A DNA stretch of 63,400 nucleotides, filler included, from Choristocarpus tenellus KU-1152 (taxonomy: Eukaryota > Protista > Phaeophyceae): assembly GCA_964200185.2 (NCBI GenBank). It is 10 parts of 10 records of this genome, joined end to end, with 100 filler letters (N's around TTAATTAATTAA, not from the genome) between each part and the next. Parts side by side here need not be neighbours in the genome. Positions count along the whole stretch, not along the records: positions 50,329 to 57,320 come from CAXNAD020006913.1; positions 57,421 to 60,148 come from CAXNAD020025255.1; positions 60,249 to 63,400 come from CAXNAD020021935.1; 7 more parts are not named here. One strand, written 5' to 3'. Positions 53,301-63,400 of this stretch are shown piece by piece (the first letter of the stretch is position 1; every line of letters starts with the position of its first letter). The position numbers and the translations under genes were made by a program. The notes beneath the pieces were generated by a model, which did not search any database, was not told where the DNA came from, and saw only the letters and a program-made list of their open reading frames with translations.

Positions 53301-54693
53301 TAACTGTATGATTCTTGGTTGGTTCTAAGGTATCAGGTACACCTACTACCTCTGTACTCGTTGGAAATGCTCCAGTCACACCCTGTACAACAGAGGGTGG
53401 GCAGGCATCTGCCTGTGGAGAGGCTGATGGAGAAGAGCTCTGGATACGGCGAACAGAACGGGAGGTAGGACTTGCAGGGCTTGCAGCACCAATCAGTCCC
53501 CCTGCCCCAGCCCTGTTCATCTCGTTTCTCTGCAGTCTATCGTATATCTTTTGCACCTGGTAAAGGGTAGGGCATGGGGATTTTGCTTATTTTAACATGG
53601 TTGCAGGTCATTTTCACAGTAAGCTGAGTGTGATGTATTACTCTGTCAATGATACTCTTGACAGGTTTTTCAAAATAGGCAAGGTGCTTCAGTGTAGCTG
53701 TAAAAAAGTAAAAACGTTAACACCAGGGAATAAGCAAGAGACAGGATCATAAGGGCCTACTGCAAGGTCAACTTTCTGGGATTGCTGTCTGTAGTTTGAA
53801 GGTTGGGCTGCCGTGGAGCATAAAAGAGCGCCTGACTTTGTTGTAACATGGAGACACACCATGTAGGTCTTCCTATCTGAACGAAATAGCTATACTATTG
53901 CTTGAAGTCTGAAGTATTGTTAATGCAGCTCTACCATTGAGAGTGGTGTGCTTGGACAACGGGCATTTCGCTGAAAATAGGATTAGGGTGAGGACGTGCT
54001 GAAAATGGTGCTGAGCAAATTATTTGCATCTGTAAACAGCTGCTGGTCATCTACGAGTCTCAGGCATCATCAATATAACCTGGCTGAGAGACACCAAATG
54101 CACCCCTCAGGAAATTTTTTGTTGTTATTGCATATTTACCTTATCCTTATCCCAGGTTGGGGGACGACCTCCCTGTTGGATCCAAGACTTGTGTTTGCGA
54201 TAAAGAATGTTGAAGAGGCGTATCCAGATCACATCCTCGACAGCAAGAGCCTGCAGCGCAGCGGCAAGAGCAGATAGTACAAGGTGGGAAATGACATGTG
54301 CGAGCGTACCGCCTGAGGACAGCAGCGTGTTCCACCATACTACCCATCAGCCCGTACAAACTAGTGGCGAAACATGTGATGACGTATCAATGGGGCCGGC
54401 ATCAAAGACCACCGGCATGTTGCCCACCACAGCACATTGTACGGTAAAACCATATATTTCTTCGCTTTTACGCGCAAGACGGACATCGAATGCCCTTCAA
54501 CATCCTAGATGAGGAAGCATCTCTTCATGTAAGAAGCGAAAGACTCCTTCAATGGGTGATAGATACCACAAATGACAGTACTCACCCTCAATCGCTCATG
54601 CGTGCTGAGGCTACAGAACCACGAACGAATATCGTCCACCACGTCACTCTTCTGCCAGCCGTGTTCTCCCTCGCCGCCAGGCGTTGACGACAT
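50329..54693 (-). CDS. Large low-complexity protein of unknown function (possibly the N-terminus of a non-canonical poly(A) polymerase); exons 54693-54586, 54250-54140, 53556-~52586, ~52033-51781, ~51090-50329
   Basis: Long ORFs with canonical splice sites; conserved-looking blocks IRSWFCSLSTHERLR|ALAVEDVIWIRLF, LANRLELSLW, LLFTPVSW. The function is a weak recollection only. Confidence 0.6.
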
Positions 54694-56667
54694 TCGCCCA
54701 CTAACACTACCCCTCACCAGCGTTTGATGCTTAATGGCTTGCCTCCACTGTAACGAACGGAATCCCCACGACAAAAACCAAAATAATCCCTAGCACCTTC
54801 AGATGGCACCACTCGCCCTTCTTACTTCCACCGTTCCAAGAGCTAGAACCGCACACACCCTTCAGAGTGTCCAAGGGAGACGAGGCAGGGTGCTTGGTTG
54901 AGTCCACCAGTTGCAGCAGGAGTTGCAACAAAAAATGTACAGCGAATAAAAGCGCTTGTTTTACCACTGAATCTTATTCATCGGGGAAGTGTTTCAAGCA
55001 ATTCCAAGGGACCAGCAATCAGTTGATGTGAGTTTTACACAAGTTCATCATTGGAAGTCAAGACCTCTTGCTGGTAGCTCTCACCCTGGTGGGTCCCTGT
55101 TATCGTACAGTTGTCCAATTCCTTCACTGGTTCAGGTTCCCACGAACCTCCATAGGGACGAGGGGCCTCTCACTCCTCTAATTTCGTTAATTAGCTTGAG
55201 CGACCTCTACCCTAAAGGAACGTCGTCTTAAAATCATCAAGGTGCAAGTTTGTGGAGGTATTAAGATCACCACCGGTGGTATTATCTTATCATCTTTCCA
55301 AAGACTCACGTATTACGAGATTCCACATTCAAAATAATGATTGTACAAACCATCTTATGATAAAATAATGACGATAGTGATGAAAGAATTAAATTCGTAT
55401 GAAAATGACTTTTGGTGAGAAATATTGGGAAAAATGATTCGAATACGATAAAATAGTCGAATATTATATTTTAATTATTATAGAGATGACATCCCAACGA
55501 CCTAAGATCCAACCAACCCAATCAATCAATAATACGTATCATACATTTATAATGTGTTTTCTAATAACTGTCATAGTACTGTATCCATTCTATGTTGTTG
55601 TTACTTGTAACTAACTCCCTTGTTCGGTCCACACTCATCAGTTCTTCCTCCCTAGAATATGTACAGCTCTATTTGACTATATAGACTATCAACGATAGAT
55701 ACTGAAGAAGAGGAAACCTCACATAGAGAACAAAATATAACTGATTAATAGGAGTATCACATCATATGTAACATCTTTGTAAGTAAAAGGATGAACCAAA
55801 AAAAAATAGCACTCCAACAATAACTACTATTAACTGTTGTTTGAAGACAGGGGAAAATTAAGATAAGGATCCCATGAATCTACCTAGCATCTCCTCTCGA
55901 TCGACACGATAATCTCTAAATTGAAGGACGTGAAACTCTTCTGGATATGACCGCTTGAGCAGTGACTGAAATAATCTGCCACTACATATTAAAATAGTAC
56001 AAATATATATATTCTATAGGGAAAGAGTTCGGTGTCAGTAAGGTTCGAACCTTCGAGATTCGACATGGGAAAAACCTTTATTACCCAAGAAGCAACTCGG
56101 ACTTTTTTAATAGAATATCTGTTTGAGCTTAATACACCGTGTTTGGATAAAGAGTGAGGATTGCTCACCGCCCGTCAACAGGTACAGCCGTCCTCATGAC
56201 GAAAGAAATTACGTAAGTGCTTGAGGGGCTACAATGAGAGGGAGGAAGGAAGAGAGAAGTCAATAGAGGAAGAGGGAATGTATCTATATGTGGAAAGGAA
56301 GAACTGCGAGGAACAGCCCGTTCCCACTCCAGAATTCGGAACAAGAGGTCATCACCTTTGTCCACAAGAATGTTCCGTAACATGTTACTGAATGTTGAAG
56401 GAGGGATAGGGAATGCGGATACCCTGGTAGTGCGAACCTATTGGATGTAATCTCACTAGAGACATCGAGAGGTAAGTGAACAGAAATTATGTGGGTTCTA
56501 TCCTTCTTCTCATTTCTCATATTTTTATTCTACTCTTGATTTTCTTTTGTGATCTTTATTCCCTTTTCTCAACTATTATTATTATTGTGTATTTTGCCTT
56601 AGTTCGACTACTTTTTCAACCTATACATTATCTCAAATCGCTCAAATTTATATGCATAGTGATATAG

Positions 56668-57320
56668 TCCCTTCAGAAGAAGACCTGGCTGAAATTATTG
56701 GCCAAGGCTGGGTAACATGGGAGGGAACAGCACCACCTGCACCTGCCCCAGAGGTCCACATCCTTGCAGCTCATGACGCCAGGATCACAAGGAGGGCTCA
56801 GCACGAGATAACACGCCTCCTCAATAAGATCCGTTTTGACTCCTTCAGGACACAGCTAGCTGACCTTCCGAATGAGGCACACCAAGGGAGGGAAAGTTCT
56901 TCATTAGCCCTAGCACGCCACCGGAGCCAGTGCGCCTGGGCCTCGACGCAACCACTGAAACCAGCATGCCAGATCCCCCCTCAGGAATTCAAGCTCACAG
57001 TCAGCAGATCCTTAGTGAGAGAGGAGGCCCTATCGAACAGTTGCCCAGTGGCAGGGCGCAGGAGGCAAAATGTCGATACCAGACATGCCTGCACCTGCCC
57101 CAGGGCAGGGGAACAGGTACGGCAGCACACTCCAATGGTCAAATGTCTAGGCCAATTATGCAAGGGGATGGGCATCCCTTGCACTACAGAGGATGGTAGA
57201 CCTTTCACTGTGGACCGGAATCTCCGCATGGATCTGGTGTTCCAAACAGGGGCACTAGCAGACACTGGAACAGCTTCCTACAGGGACAAAGGCCTTCTGC
57301 TGGACATCACCTTCGCAGAG
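56668..57320 (+). mobile_element. CRE-clade (RLE-type) non-LTR retrotransposon fragment
   Basis: Zinc motif CPV..DTRHACTCP..QVRQH followed by the restriction-like endonuclease core E..RMDLVF..LLLDIT. Confidence 0.85.
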
Positions 57321-57420
57321 NNNNNNNNNNNNNNNNNNNNNNNNNNNNNNNNNNNNNNNNNNNNTTAATTAATTAANNNNNNNNNNNNNNNNNNNNNNNN
57401 NNNNNNNNNNNNNNNNNNNN

Positions 57421-57580
57421 CTCCTGTGCCTCCTACCTAGCTTAGTCCTGCACCCCAGGGTGACGAGGTAGGGAAGCATCCCAAGAATCTTACAGGTCCC
57501 TTCTTGCCCATCTCCCTGATGTCTCCCACTTAAAATGCATGACACGTCTAGATAGAGCTACTTGTGTTGTGACAGGCATC
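57421..57580 (-). mobile_element. CRE-like LINE 3' end, copy 2
   Basis: SVTTQVALSRRVMHFK; near-duplicate of 57800-57960. Confidence 0.7.
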
Positions 57581-57799
57581 ATTAGGTCTCATATATTAGT
57601 ACACATTTTGGGGGAGTTCCCTGTTGTTCACGACAAACAAATATCTATTATTATGCCCTCTGACATTGTCAGTGCCAAAACCAATAAAAAGCCAATTCAA
57701 TATCATAAGAACCCCTGAAACGGTAACAGTTGTCATAAATGTAAAAGACATTTTCGATCATCTGTTTACTATTTGAGTATCAGCTATACTAGACCACTC

Positions 57800-58110
57800 C
57801 CCTCCTATGCCTCCAATCAGTTTAGCCCTACACCACAGGGCGAGGAGCTAGAGAAGTATCCCAAGAATCTGACAGGCTCCTCCTTGCCCATCTCCCTGCT
57901 GTCTCCAGCTTAAAACGCATGACACGCCTTGATAGAGCCACTTACTTGTGTTGGGACAGACACCATCTGTCGTAAATGGGATTTGACAGCTCCTTTCCTG
58001 CTGTAGCCTCCCCCGCCCCTCCCCCTCCTACCTTGTGCGTAGCCAACTCAGCCAGAAAACGTTCTGCTTGCTTACCGAAGCACCCAAAACTTTCCACCAC
58101 GAAAGTGTTG
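57800..58110 (-). mobile_element. CRE-like LINE 3' end, copy 1
   Basis: FVVESFGCFGKQAERFLAELA..VGG..LRQMVSV..ALSRRVMRFKL, the typical RLE C-terminus. Confidence 0.8.
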
Positions 58111-58127
58111 AAGTTCGAAAATAGATA

Positions 58128-58277
58128 GAGCCAAAGTATCTTAGAGGGTAGATCCGCGTGCATTTGGGGCCACAATCGAATGTTGCGATTTTAATGAGTT
58201 TTGGCTATCTAATTTGTTAGGAAGTGTCAATATCTATGTTCCGGACACGCCTTTTCATAACGTACACATTTTTCCCT
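58128..58277 (-). mobile_element. MITE family A, truncated half
   Basis: GAGCCAAAGTATCTTAGAGGGTAG plus about 150 bp of internal sequence. Confidence 0.85.
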
Positions 58278-58354
58278 GATTAAAGGTACACGGGTGTAAG
58301 AATAGAGACTCCAAAACCCTAAACCAAAATATTCAAAGGTGAAGCAAGAGTCAA

Positions 58355-58427
58355 CACCGAAGGTGGGGCTCGAACCCACGACCATACGATTAAAAGTCGT
58401 ACGCTCTACCGACTGACCTACTCCGCC
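58355..58427 (-). tRNA. trnK: tRNA-Lys(UUU), possibly a pseudogene
   Basis: GGCGGAG TA GGTC AGTCGGTA GAGC G TACGA CT TTT AA TCGTA TGGTC GTGGG TTCGAGC CCCAC CTTCGGT G. Anticodon and T arms pair perfectly; G.G mismatches in the acceptor and D stems. Confidence 0.85.
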
Positions 58428-59303
58428 AAGGTTATCTCTCACATACATGGTCTATTTGCAAAATCCACCATATATAAATCCTCATGAGAGGCATGTTATC
58501 CAAAAGATGTCTTGATAAAAAAAATAGGTACAAACGTTGTTGGAAGTGGCGTTCTAAGGGTCGGATGGTTGGATAAAGTCGTGATGTGATTACTAATGAA
58601 AGCAGAAAAAGAGTTATCTAGAGCAAGTATGCGTATTATGTGAAACAGTTGGAAACGGGCAGACAGGTTCTTCACATTGAAGGGGAGCAAGAAGACCCAC
58701 AAAAGGAAGGGAAGGAAAGAGACAAAGTAGGAGGGTGAGCAACCCTCAGAAGGTCACTCAGGGAAGAAGTGAAGAGGGAAAGTGAATGAGGGGGCTTGTA
58801 AGCTCCACTTAATAACCCGTTATTGACGTCATCAGGAAGCAATGGTCATGTGATACGAGCAAAAAGACTTTGAGGTATACCTTCAACGGAAAAAGGACAC
58901 TGTTAAGGCATACCTTGCTATCGCAATCATAGTATGTTGTTGTTATTATGCATGGAGTACATGAACATACTACATAAACCCATTTTACGTATTTATATGT
59001 ACATACTTAGTAATCTCAACAACAAAGACCTAGTCAGTTGTCCTTTCATGATTTCGTCAGGGTTTTCAACGCCTAATGCCAAGAAACTCGGGAAAGAAAC
59101 GAGAGCCTATTCACTCCCACAATTGATAAGTGAATCGAGGCCTGAGATGGATTCCCTTTCCAATCATCTGTACTAGTAGTTGTAACCTCGCCAGTTGTTG
59201 AGGAAGCGAGCAGGTTGCCAAGGTAGGGCTGCTCTACCCTCATCCTATACCATCGACTTACTATTAGGGTTCATTCTTTTCTATTCTGGTGAAATTTTCT
59301 ATT

Positions 59304-59481
59304 GACCCAAAGTATCTGAGTGTGGGGGGGGAATCTACACCACGGTGTCCATTAGGGTCAAAATCAGGAAAAGTGCATTTACATTATCCATCCGACGCAT
59401 GCAACCAAATCACCCAAAATCGCGACAAGAAAAAAATGACCCCAACTGGACAGCCGCCAACCCCCCCAGATACTTTGAGCC
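59304..59481 (-). mobile_element. MITE family B (3-bp TSD ATT)
   Basis: GACCCAAAGTATCTG ... CAGATACTTTGAGCC. Confidence 0.88.
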
Positions 59482-59739
59482 ATTATTTATAAAACATCCC
59501 TAAAATGATGTACAATAATATTCGTTGTGTCCTAATTCGCCCGATCCGACATTGTTCACTGAAACATTATAATATCCCAATAGTATTCAAGGATAAATGT
59601 CGACACACTCCTTGTTCTGAAAAAGCAATTCAGCACGTTAATCAACTCAACACTCAAACATATCACCAAAATTACATTGTTTGGCAATTAACAGGTCTCA
59701 TTCCAAGTGTATGATCGTACAAGCATGGAATTCAACAGA

Positions 59740-59930
59740 GGCTTTCCCATTGCCTTGGTGAACAAATCCCCCATGTTCGTCTCTTGACTTCTTACATCTT
59801 GTCAAATCCTAACTTTTACCTCCCTTTCCTACTGCCTCACATAGTCGTACCGTACGTCTATGTGTTTGGTCCTACCACGAGATGTCGTACTTTGTGCTAA
59901 TTTGAGTGACTCACCATTATCCCCCGTCAA
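59740..59930 (-). mobile_element. Copia RNase H remnant
   Basis: GDN..LKLAQ..GRTKHIDVRYDYVR..GDLFTKAM with stop codons. Confidence 0.85.
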
Positions 59931-60815
59931 GAGCACACCATACTCACTCCTTGATTGGTATCAGGTTCCAGGAATAACTAGATTTGCTTAAGGCACATTT
60001 GTTACAGGCGAATAGCGCGAGCATTTCTTTCTGTGTGCCAAAATGCGCGAACAGTATACACACGTAAGAATTCATATAAGAGGAACTTTGAATTGATAGA
60101 AGATGCAGAGTGAGATTCGAAATGCATACATAACCTTACAGAATATATNNNNNNNNNNNNNNNNNNNNNNNNNNNNNNNNNNNNNNNNNNNNTTAATTAA
60201 TTAANNNNNNNNNNNNNNNNNNNNNNNNNNNNNNNNNNNNNNNNNNNNCCCCCTCCCCAGATACTTTGAATCTTGCAGCTTTGGTAGGACCAATGAACCA
60301 AATGGTACAATCCTGAATTTTTAATGACTGGTCTGATCAGGACCAAGTTCACATACTTGTTCTGCATTGTGTGAAGTCATGATGGGTGCACAATTATACC
60401 CATGCACAGTACCTGTAGTGTGCCACTATTAGCCATCATGTCAGAACCTGGAAATATTGGTGTCAGCATCAGTGCCCGGGATAAACTCCACAATAAATCG
60501 CCATGATATTGGTGAGGTATTATCCACATTAACAAATACACAATCAACCAGCATTGGCACAAAGCCCTCTCTTATTTCGGACATCGGTGGGTGCTAGTTT
60601 GGGTACAGGATTGAGGATTTGGCAAGAGTGAGGTCCAGGCTGTGCCCAATCAGGTTCGATTTGACAATAACTGGAAATGAGTCGTACCAAGAGCAAATTG
60701 AGATAATTGGAGTACCTGGACCTCCAACTCTAGACAACAAGTTAACATGTGAGTGTTGTGATTCCTGCTAGTCTAAGAACAACCCCTCCCCTCGTAAATG
60801 GTACACATCCTGCAG

Positions 60816-61022
60816 GCACTCTCGGAGAGCCAACACCGTCACCAAGGTACTGAGACAACAACAGTGTCTGAAGGCAAAGGCAGGGGAGAGGGAGGGGGAG
60901 GGAGTCGCAATGGGGGGGGAGGAGTGGGGTCGAGGGGTTTTGGTTCAGGCGTGTTTATTCCTTATCGGAACAGTATTCTCACACGTCTCCTACGGGAAAG
61001 TCTTGGAGGAAACTCATGTACA
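60816..61022 (+). CDS. Kinesin motor domain, internal exon
   Basis: [23 protein letters not shown]; CAG acceptor and GTGAGT donor, phase 0. Confidence 0.92.
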
Positions 61023-61947
61023 GTGAGTGGTGAAGCATGAAGAGCTATTTGAAGTGCTTCAGATACTATGTACTACAATTTTGATCTTGCTCTTGTAGGG
61101 GGGGGGTTATTTTCAATGTCGGCATGTCTTTCTAACAGCAATAACAGGTGCGTGGGGTGTGTTTGGTAAGGTATAGTTGGTTGTTCCTATGGTTGATGTA
61201 GCCGAGCGAATCACTTCACCGGTGCATATTTCTGTGAATACTATCAGTCTTAGAATCCACTAGGGGGTTGGAAAATTGGAAGCTATACCAGTCAGGTTCT
61301 GCTAGATTTCAGCTGTGAAATGGGCAAGAAATCTACTCTTGGTGTGTGTTAACTTGCACGATTGATAGTTGGACGATTTAATCCCAATGATGTCCAACAG
61401 TCCCACCACCGAACAGGAACTAGGTGACTTTATTATTTCATGTAGCGTTTCTAGTACTTAGAGACTAGACCAGTAGACAGCAAAGGCTATCATTTGCTCT
61501 ATAAATAATTTTTCTTAATTGTACGTTCATCATTGAGGTGGAGGATTAGTGCTCCAGTTCGTTGAATGAGAAGGGTGATAGACGTTTGGTAAGAGACAGT
61601 TCTGACATTCTATTTGAAGGCTGCCTCAACATTTGTTTGGATCGACATATGACATTGCTGTACAATCACCTCAGGCATACTACTTAGTATTTGTAAAATG
61701 ATGTGCTGTTTCATTGCTTCTGCATAGTATGTGTTAGCTTGATGGACAAGTATGAATAGGCCAGAAGTGTGGCCATGAAAGTCACTAAATGACTACAAAC
61801 GATTCATCTCAATTGCTACAAGTTCCCTATAAATAGAAGGTGATCTTGACGAGGACTAAAATGTAGATGCTCTAGCTTGACATCATATAGGATAGTGAGC
61901 TGTTACACTGTTCAGGACTATTTCGATACCAGCAAAAAGTAACCTCT

Positions 61948-62205
61948 GAGCCAAAGTGTCTTACAGGCTAGAGCTGCATCCATTTGGGTACCAAAATCCA
62001 ATGTTGCGATTTTGATGTAATTTTGGCTATCGTGTCTGTTAGGAAGTGTCAATATCCTTGTTCCAGACAGACCTTTTTATAGCGTATACATTTTACCTAC
62101 TCCAAAACATTTTGGAGTAGGAAAATGTAATAATAAACCCCATGGGAAGCCAAGCCCCAATGGATAAACAGGGAAAAACTTGTGCCCTCTAAGCTACTTT
62201 CACTC
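61948..62205 (-). mobile_element. MITE family A
   Basis: Both TIRs and the central hairpin are present. Confidence 0.88.
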
Positions 62206-62948
62206 ACTGCTCATGACTATTGCATTGCCAGCACAAACTAGCCTCTTCATGCTCACCTAATCATCTCTAAAGTTTCTACAAATGCCGATCTCCAACCTAT
62301 CAAATCTGCTGTTCACAGGTGATGCTGGCTTGCGTGAGTCCTTGTGACATCCACTATGAAGAGACACTAAGCACCCTGAGGTGTGACAACAGCTAGAGTA
62401 GAGGGTGAAGTGCAGTAACAGTAGTTGTACAATTATATTTTCATATTCCTCTCTTGACGTTTCCTGGGACATACCTCTGGCCCATATTCGACTCCAAAGT
62501 AGTCAATCTTTATCAAGGAACCATCCCCTTAGCCTCCTTTGGCACTATAACTAGGAAATACTTCAGCTAACATACCATTTGGCTTAACCTTAGCCACATC
62601 AACAAAAGGTACAACAAACACACTTGCAAATGCCTTGAACTGGAAGTAACTCTGCCTCATATACCAACCTCAACCAAGATAACGGTCATGAAACCTAAAC
62701 CATACTTTGCAGGTATGCTGAGAGAGCTAAAAAGGTGCGCACAAAAGCTGTTTCGAACTCCACTTCCTCTGGAAGGACATCAGCCCTCTCTCAGGATGTT
62801 GTGGTAGAGAGGTGAGGTTAGTTGTGGTTGAATGTCTCGACCTACAATTGCAATCCTTTCTCCAGTCAAGATGCCCGGCTAACTATTTTTCTATGGCCAC
62901 AATGGACGACATTAAAAATCAATTCAAGTTGAGTTGCAAGGCGATACA

Positions 62949-63219
62949 GGGCCATAGTATCCTAGAGGGGGGGTGCTTAGCCCAGGTTGTCAATTTGGAG
63001 CTTGAAGAGGTGTTGTAAGATACCCCAGTTTGATGCCCGCTTAGCAAGTTGGTTTTCCTTTGAATTTGGTTCAGGCAAGGGAACGGAAGAGGAAGGTTCA
63101 TTCGGATGAAGAAAATCACCCTTACATCCGACATGTTCACTAAAATGACAAGGAAATCACTGCAGGGTCACGCAGGTCCCCAATGGACATCAGCCGCCCC
63201 CTCTAGGATACTATGGGTC
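62949..63219. mobile_element. MITE family C (4-bp TSD TACA)
   Basis: GGGCCATAGTATCCTAGAGGGGG ... CCCCCTCTAGGATACTATGGGTC, flanked by TACA on both sides. Confidence 0.85.
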
Positions 63220-63344
63220 TACATTGAGCAATTATCCTGACTAGGATAGCTCAGGAGCACACTTGAACAAAAGGGAAAATGAGTTCTCGATCACAACCCT
63301 AACCCTAGTCAACCAGGACTCAAAATATACCCCTACTGTACTTT

Positions 63345-63400
63345 GACCCAAAATATCTGGGAGGGGGGGGGGGTCTAGACCAGGGTGCCCATTTGGATCA
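63345..63400 (-). mobile_element. MITE family B, cut by the window end (another terminus at 60249-60272)
   Basis: GACCCAAAATATCTGG(G)n..TCTAGACCAGGGTGCCCATTTGG. Confidence 0.75.

Noticed and set aside
56026-56100. B-box-like GGTTCGAACC, possible tRNA or SINE head
   Set aside because: No cloverleaf or A box could be built; single copy in this window.
13335-60248. Recurrent palindrome TTAATTAATTAA inside N runs, and any gene cluster spanning them
   Set aside because: Artificial concatenation linker; neighbouring contigs are unlinked.
5781-62205. Repeats with hairpins as a CRISPR-like array
   Set aside because: Dispersed, TIR- and TSD-bounded elements in a eukaryote; no repeat-spacer periodicity and no cas genes.

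Overview
This is eukaryotic nuclear DNA, most likely from a brown alga (Phaeophyceae), judged from an LHCF/fcp leader exon, a plastid-targeting presequence and intron-rich genes. It is not one locus. Ten short contigs are joined by nine artificial 100-nt N44-TTAATTAATTAA-N44 linkers, so gene order across linkers is meaningless. Host genes, all spliced and mostly partial, are a SNAPC4-like multi-Myb protein, a Nup153/Nup1-like FG nucleoporin with a RanBP2 zinc finger, the 3' end of threonine dehydratase, a membrane-anchored S8 subtilase, a degenerate PMP-like beta-helix gene, an LCLAT1-like acyltransferase head-to-head with a plastid RimM-like gene (GC-AG intron), a WDR82 last exon, an LHCF first exon, an unknown large protein, a kinesin exon and a mismatched tRNA-Lys(UUU). 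The rest is rich in transposable elements: four Stowaway/plant-mariner-type (DD39D-like) relics, Copia, Gypsy and CRE-like retroelement remnants, and about 15 copies of three related MITE families. The most notable results are two. First, the MITE clan shares a TIR core and a subterminal GTCCATTTGG box but shows 4-bp versus 3-bp target-site duplications (TSDs), and no partner transposase is visible. Second, a fully delimitable nest (intron > Copia with both LTRs and a 5-bp TSD > mariner > MITEs) accounts for about 90% of a subtilase intron. All coordinates and alignments were read by eye.
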